Origin: Oligoflexales bacterium
GTDB taxonomy: Bacteria > Bdellovibrionota_B > Oligoflexia > Oligoflexales > Bog-1112
DNA length: 16,506 nt
Direction of reading: 5' to 3'
NCBI GenBank assembly: GCA_045105515.1
Contig: JBGCDR010000353.1
Span: forward strand, 1 to 16,506
Within the stretch, counting starts at the first letter, position 1. Each line of letters opens with the position of its first letter. The translations under genes and the position numbers were made by a program. Positions 16,095 through 16,506 of the stretch are shown here, one piece after another. The notes beneath the pieces were generated by a model. It had not been told where the DNA came from, ran no database searches, and saw nothing but the letters and a program-made list of their open reading frames with translations.

Positions 16095-16371
16095 TTAAGC
16101 TGCGCCTTTGTTCAGTTCTGGATTTAATTGTTCTCTATTGCCAAAGTACTTTACCTTCCCTTGCTCCAACCACAATACCTTGTCAGCAACTGTTAAAATT
16201 TTGGGATCTTGCGTAGCTATAATGATACTGGCTTTGTTTTTATAATATTTAAGCGTTGTTATAAGTTGCTTGCGATGTTGAACTTCCAAAGTTTTTAAAG
16301 GGTTATCTAGTAGCCAAAGGTTTGAGTGCTTAATCAACATCAATGCAAAGCTAAATCTTTTTTGAAAAGAG
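16095..16371 (-). pseudogene. 3' part of a type I secretion ABC transporter gene, interrupted by an IS
   Basis: Reads SFQKRFSFALMLIKHSNLWLLDNP...IIIATQD...ADKVLWLEQGKV, i.e. post-signature helix, Walker B and switch region of an ABC domain. All three minus frames contain stops upstream of about 16385. Confidence 0.8.
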
Positions 16372-16506
16372 GGCGGATTGCTAGATTAAGTGCAGAAGAA
16401 AAAATTCCATCGCTTCGGAAGGCGGATTTAGTTTAGTCTATGAGGCTAATCTGCTTGCAAGAAAGGGGTATTTATGTCTGCCAATCTCACTTATGAGCAA
16501 AGGTAT
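16372..16506 (+). mobile_element. Left end of a probable IS30-family insertion sequence
   Basis: GGCGGATTGCTAGATTAAGTGCAG resembles the GGCG...AAGTGCA terminal IRs of IS1086-like IS30 elements (recalled, not searched). It starts where ABC similarity breaks and is followed by an RBS and a transposase-like start. Confidence 0.65.
16474..16506 (+). CDS. N-terminus of a probable IS30-family transposase (runs off the window)
   Basis: AGGGG RBS, then MSANLTYEQRY, similar to the IS30 N-terminal HTH motif (H)LTxEERxxI. Only 11 codons are visible. Confidence 0.6.
   Translation, partial: MSANLTYEQRY

Noticed and set aside
16372..16428. GGCGGATT direct repeat (16372 and 16421) as a target-site duplication
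   Set aside because: Removing the intervening DNA does not restore an ABC frame; both copies fit better inside the IS left end.

Overview
16.5 kb bacterial window that mixes housekeeping genes with AT-rich accessory DNA. Gene style suggests Oligoflexia/Bdellovibrionota or a related deltaproteobacterium, which is an inference only. Left to right: an LRR lipoprotein with an eroded 3' end; an IS66 tnpC remnant fused to a membrane-gene remnant; small orphan ORFs; hutU and hisS separated by a structured intergenic region; a hemerythrin; a secreted hypothetical protein; a beta-barrel plus OmpA protein (TraB-like architecture); a lipoprotein cytochrome c with two CX4CH motifs; ettA; an M20D amidohydrolase; a three-gene operon (two small putative outer-membrane barrels plus a matrixin with a Cys-containing C-terminal anchor); and a type I secretion HlyD adaptor whose ABC partner is cut by a probable IS30-family element at the right edge. 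I saw no rRNA, tRNA or CRISPR array. The best leads are the barrel-barrel-protease operon, the CX4CH di-heme lipoprotein, sigma-28-like promoters in front of three accessory genes, and the hisS-hutU RNA structure. No searches or folding programs were run; all family calls come from motif recognition.
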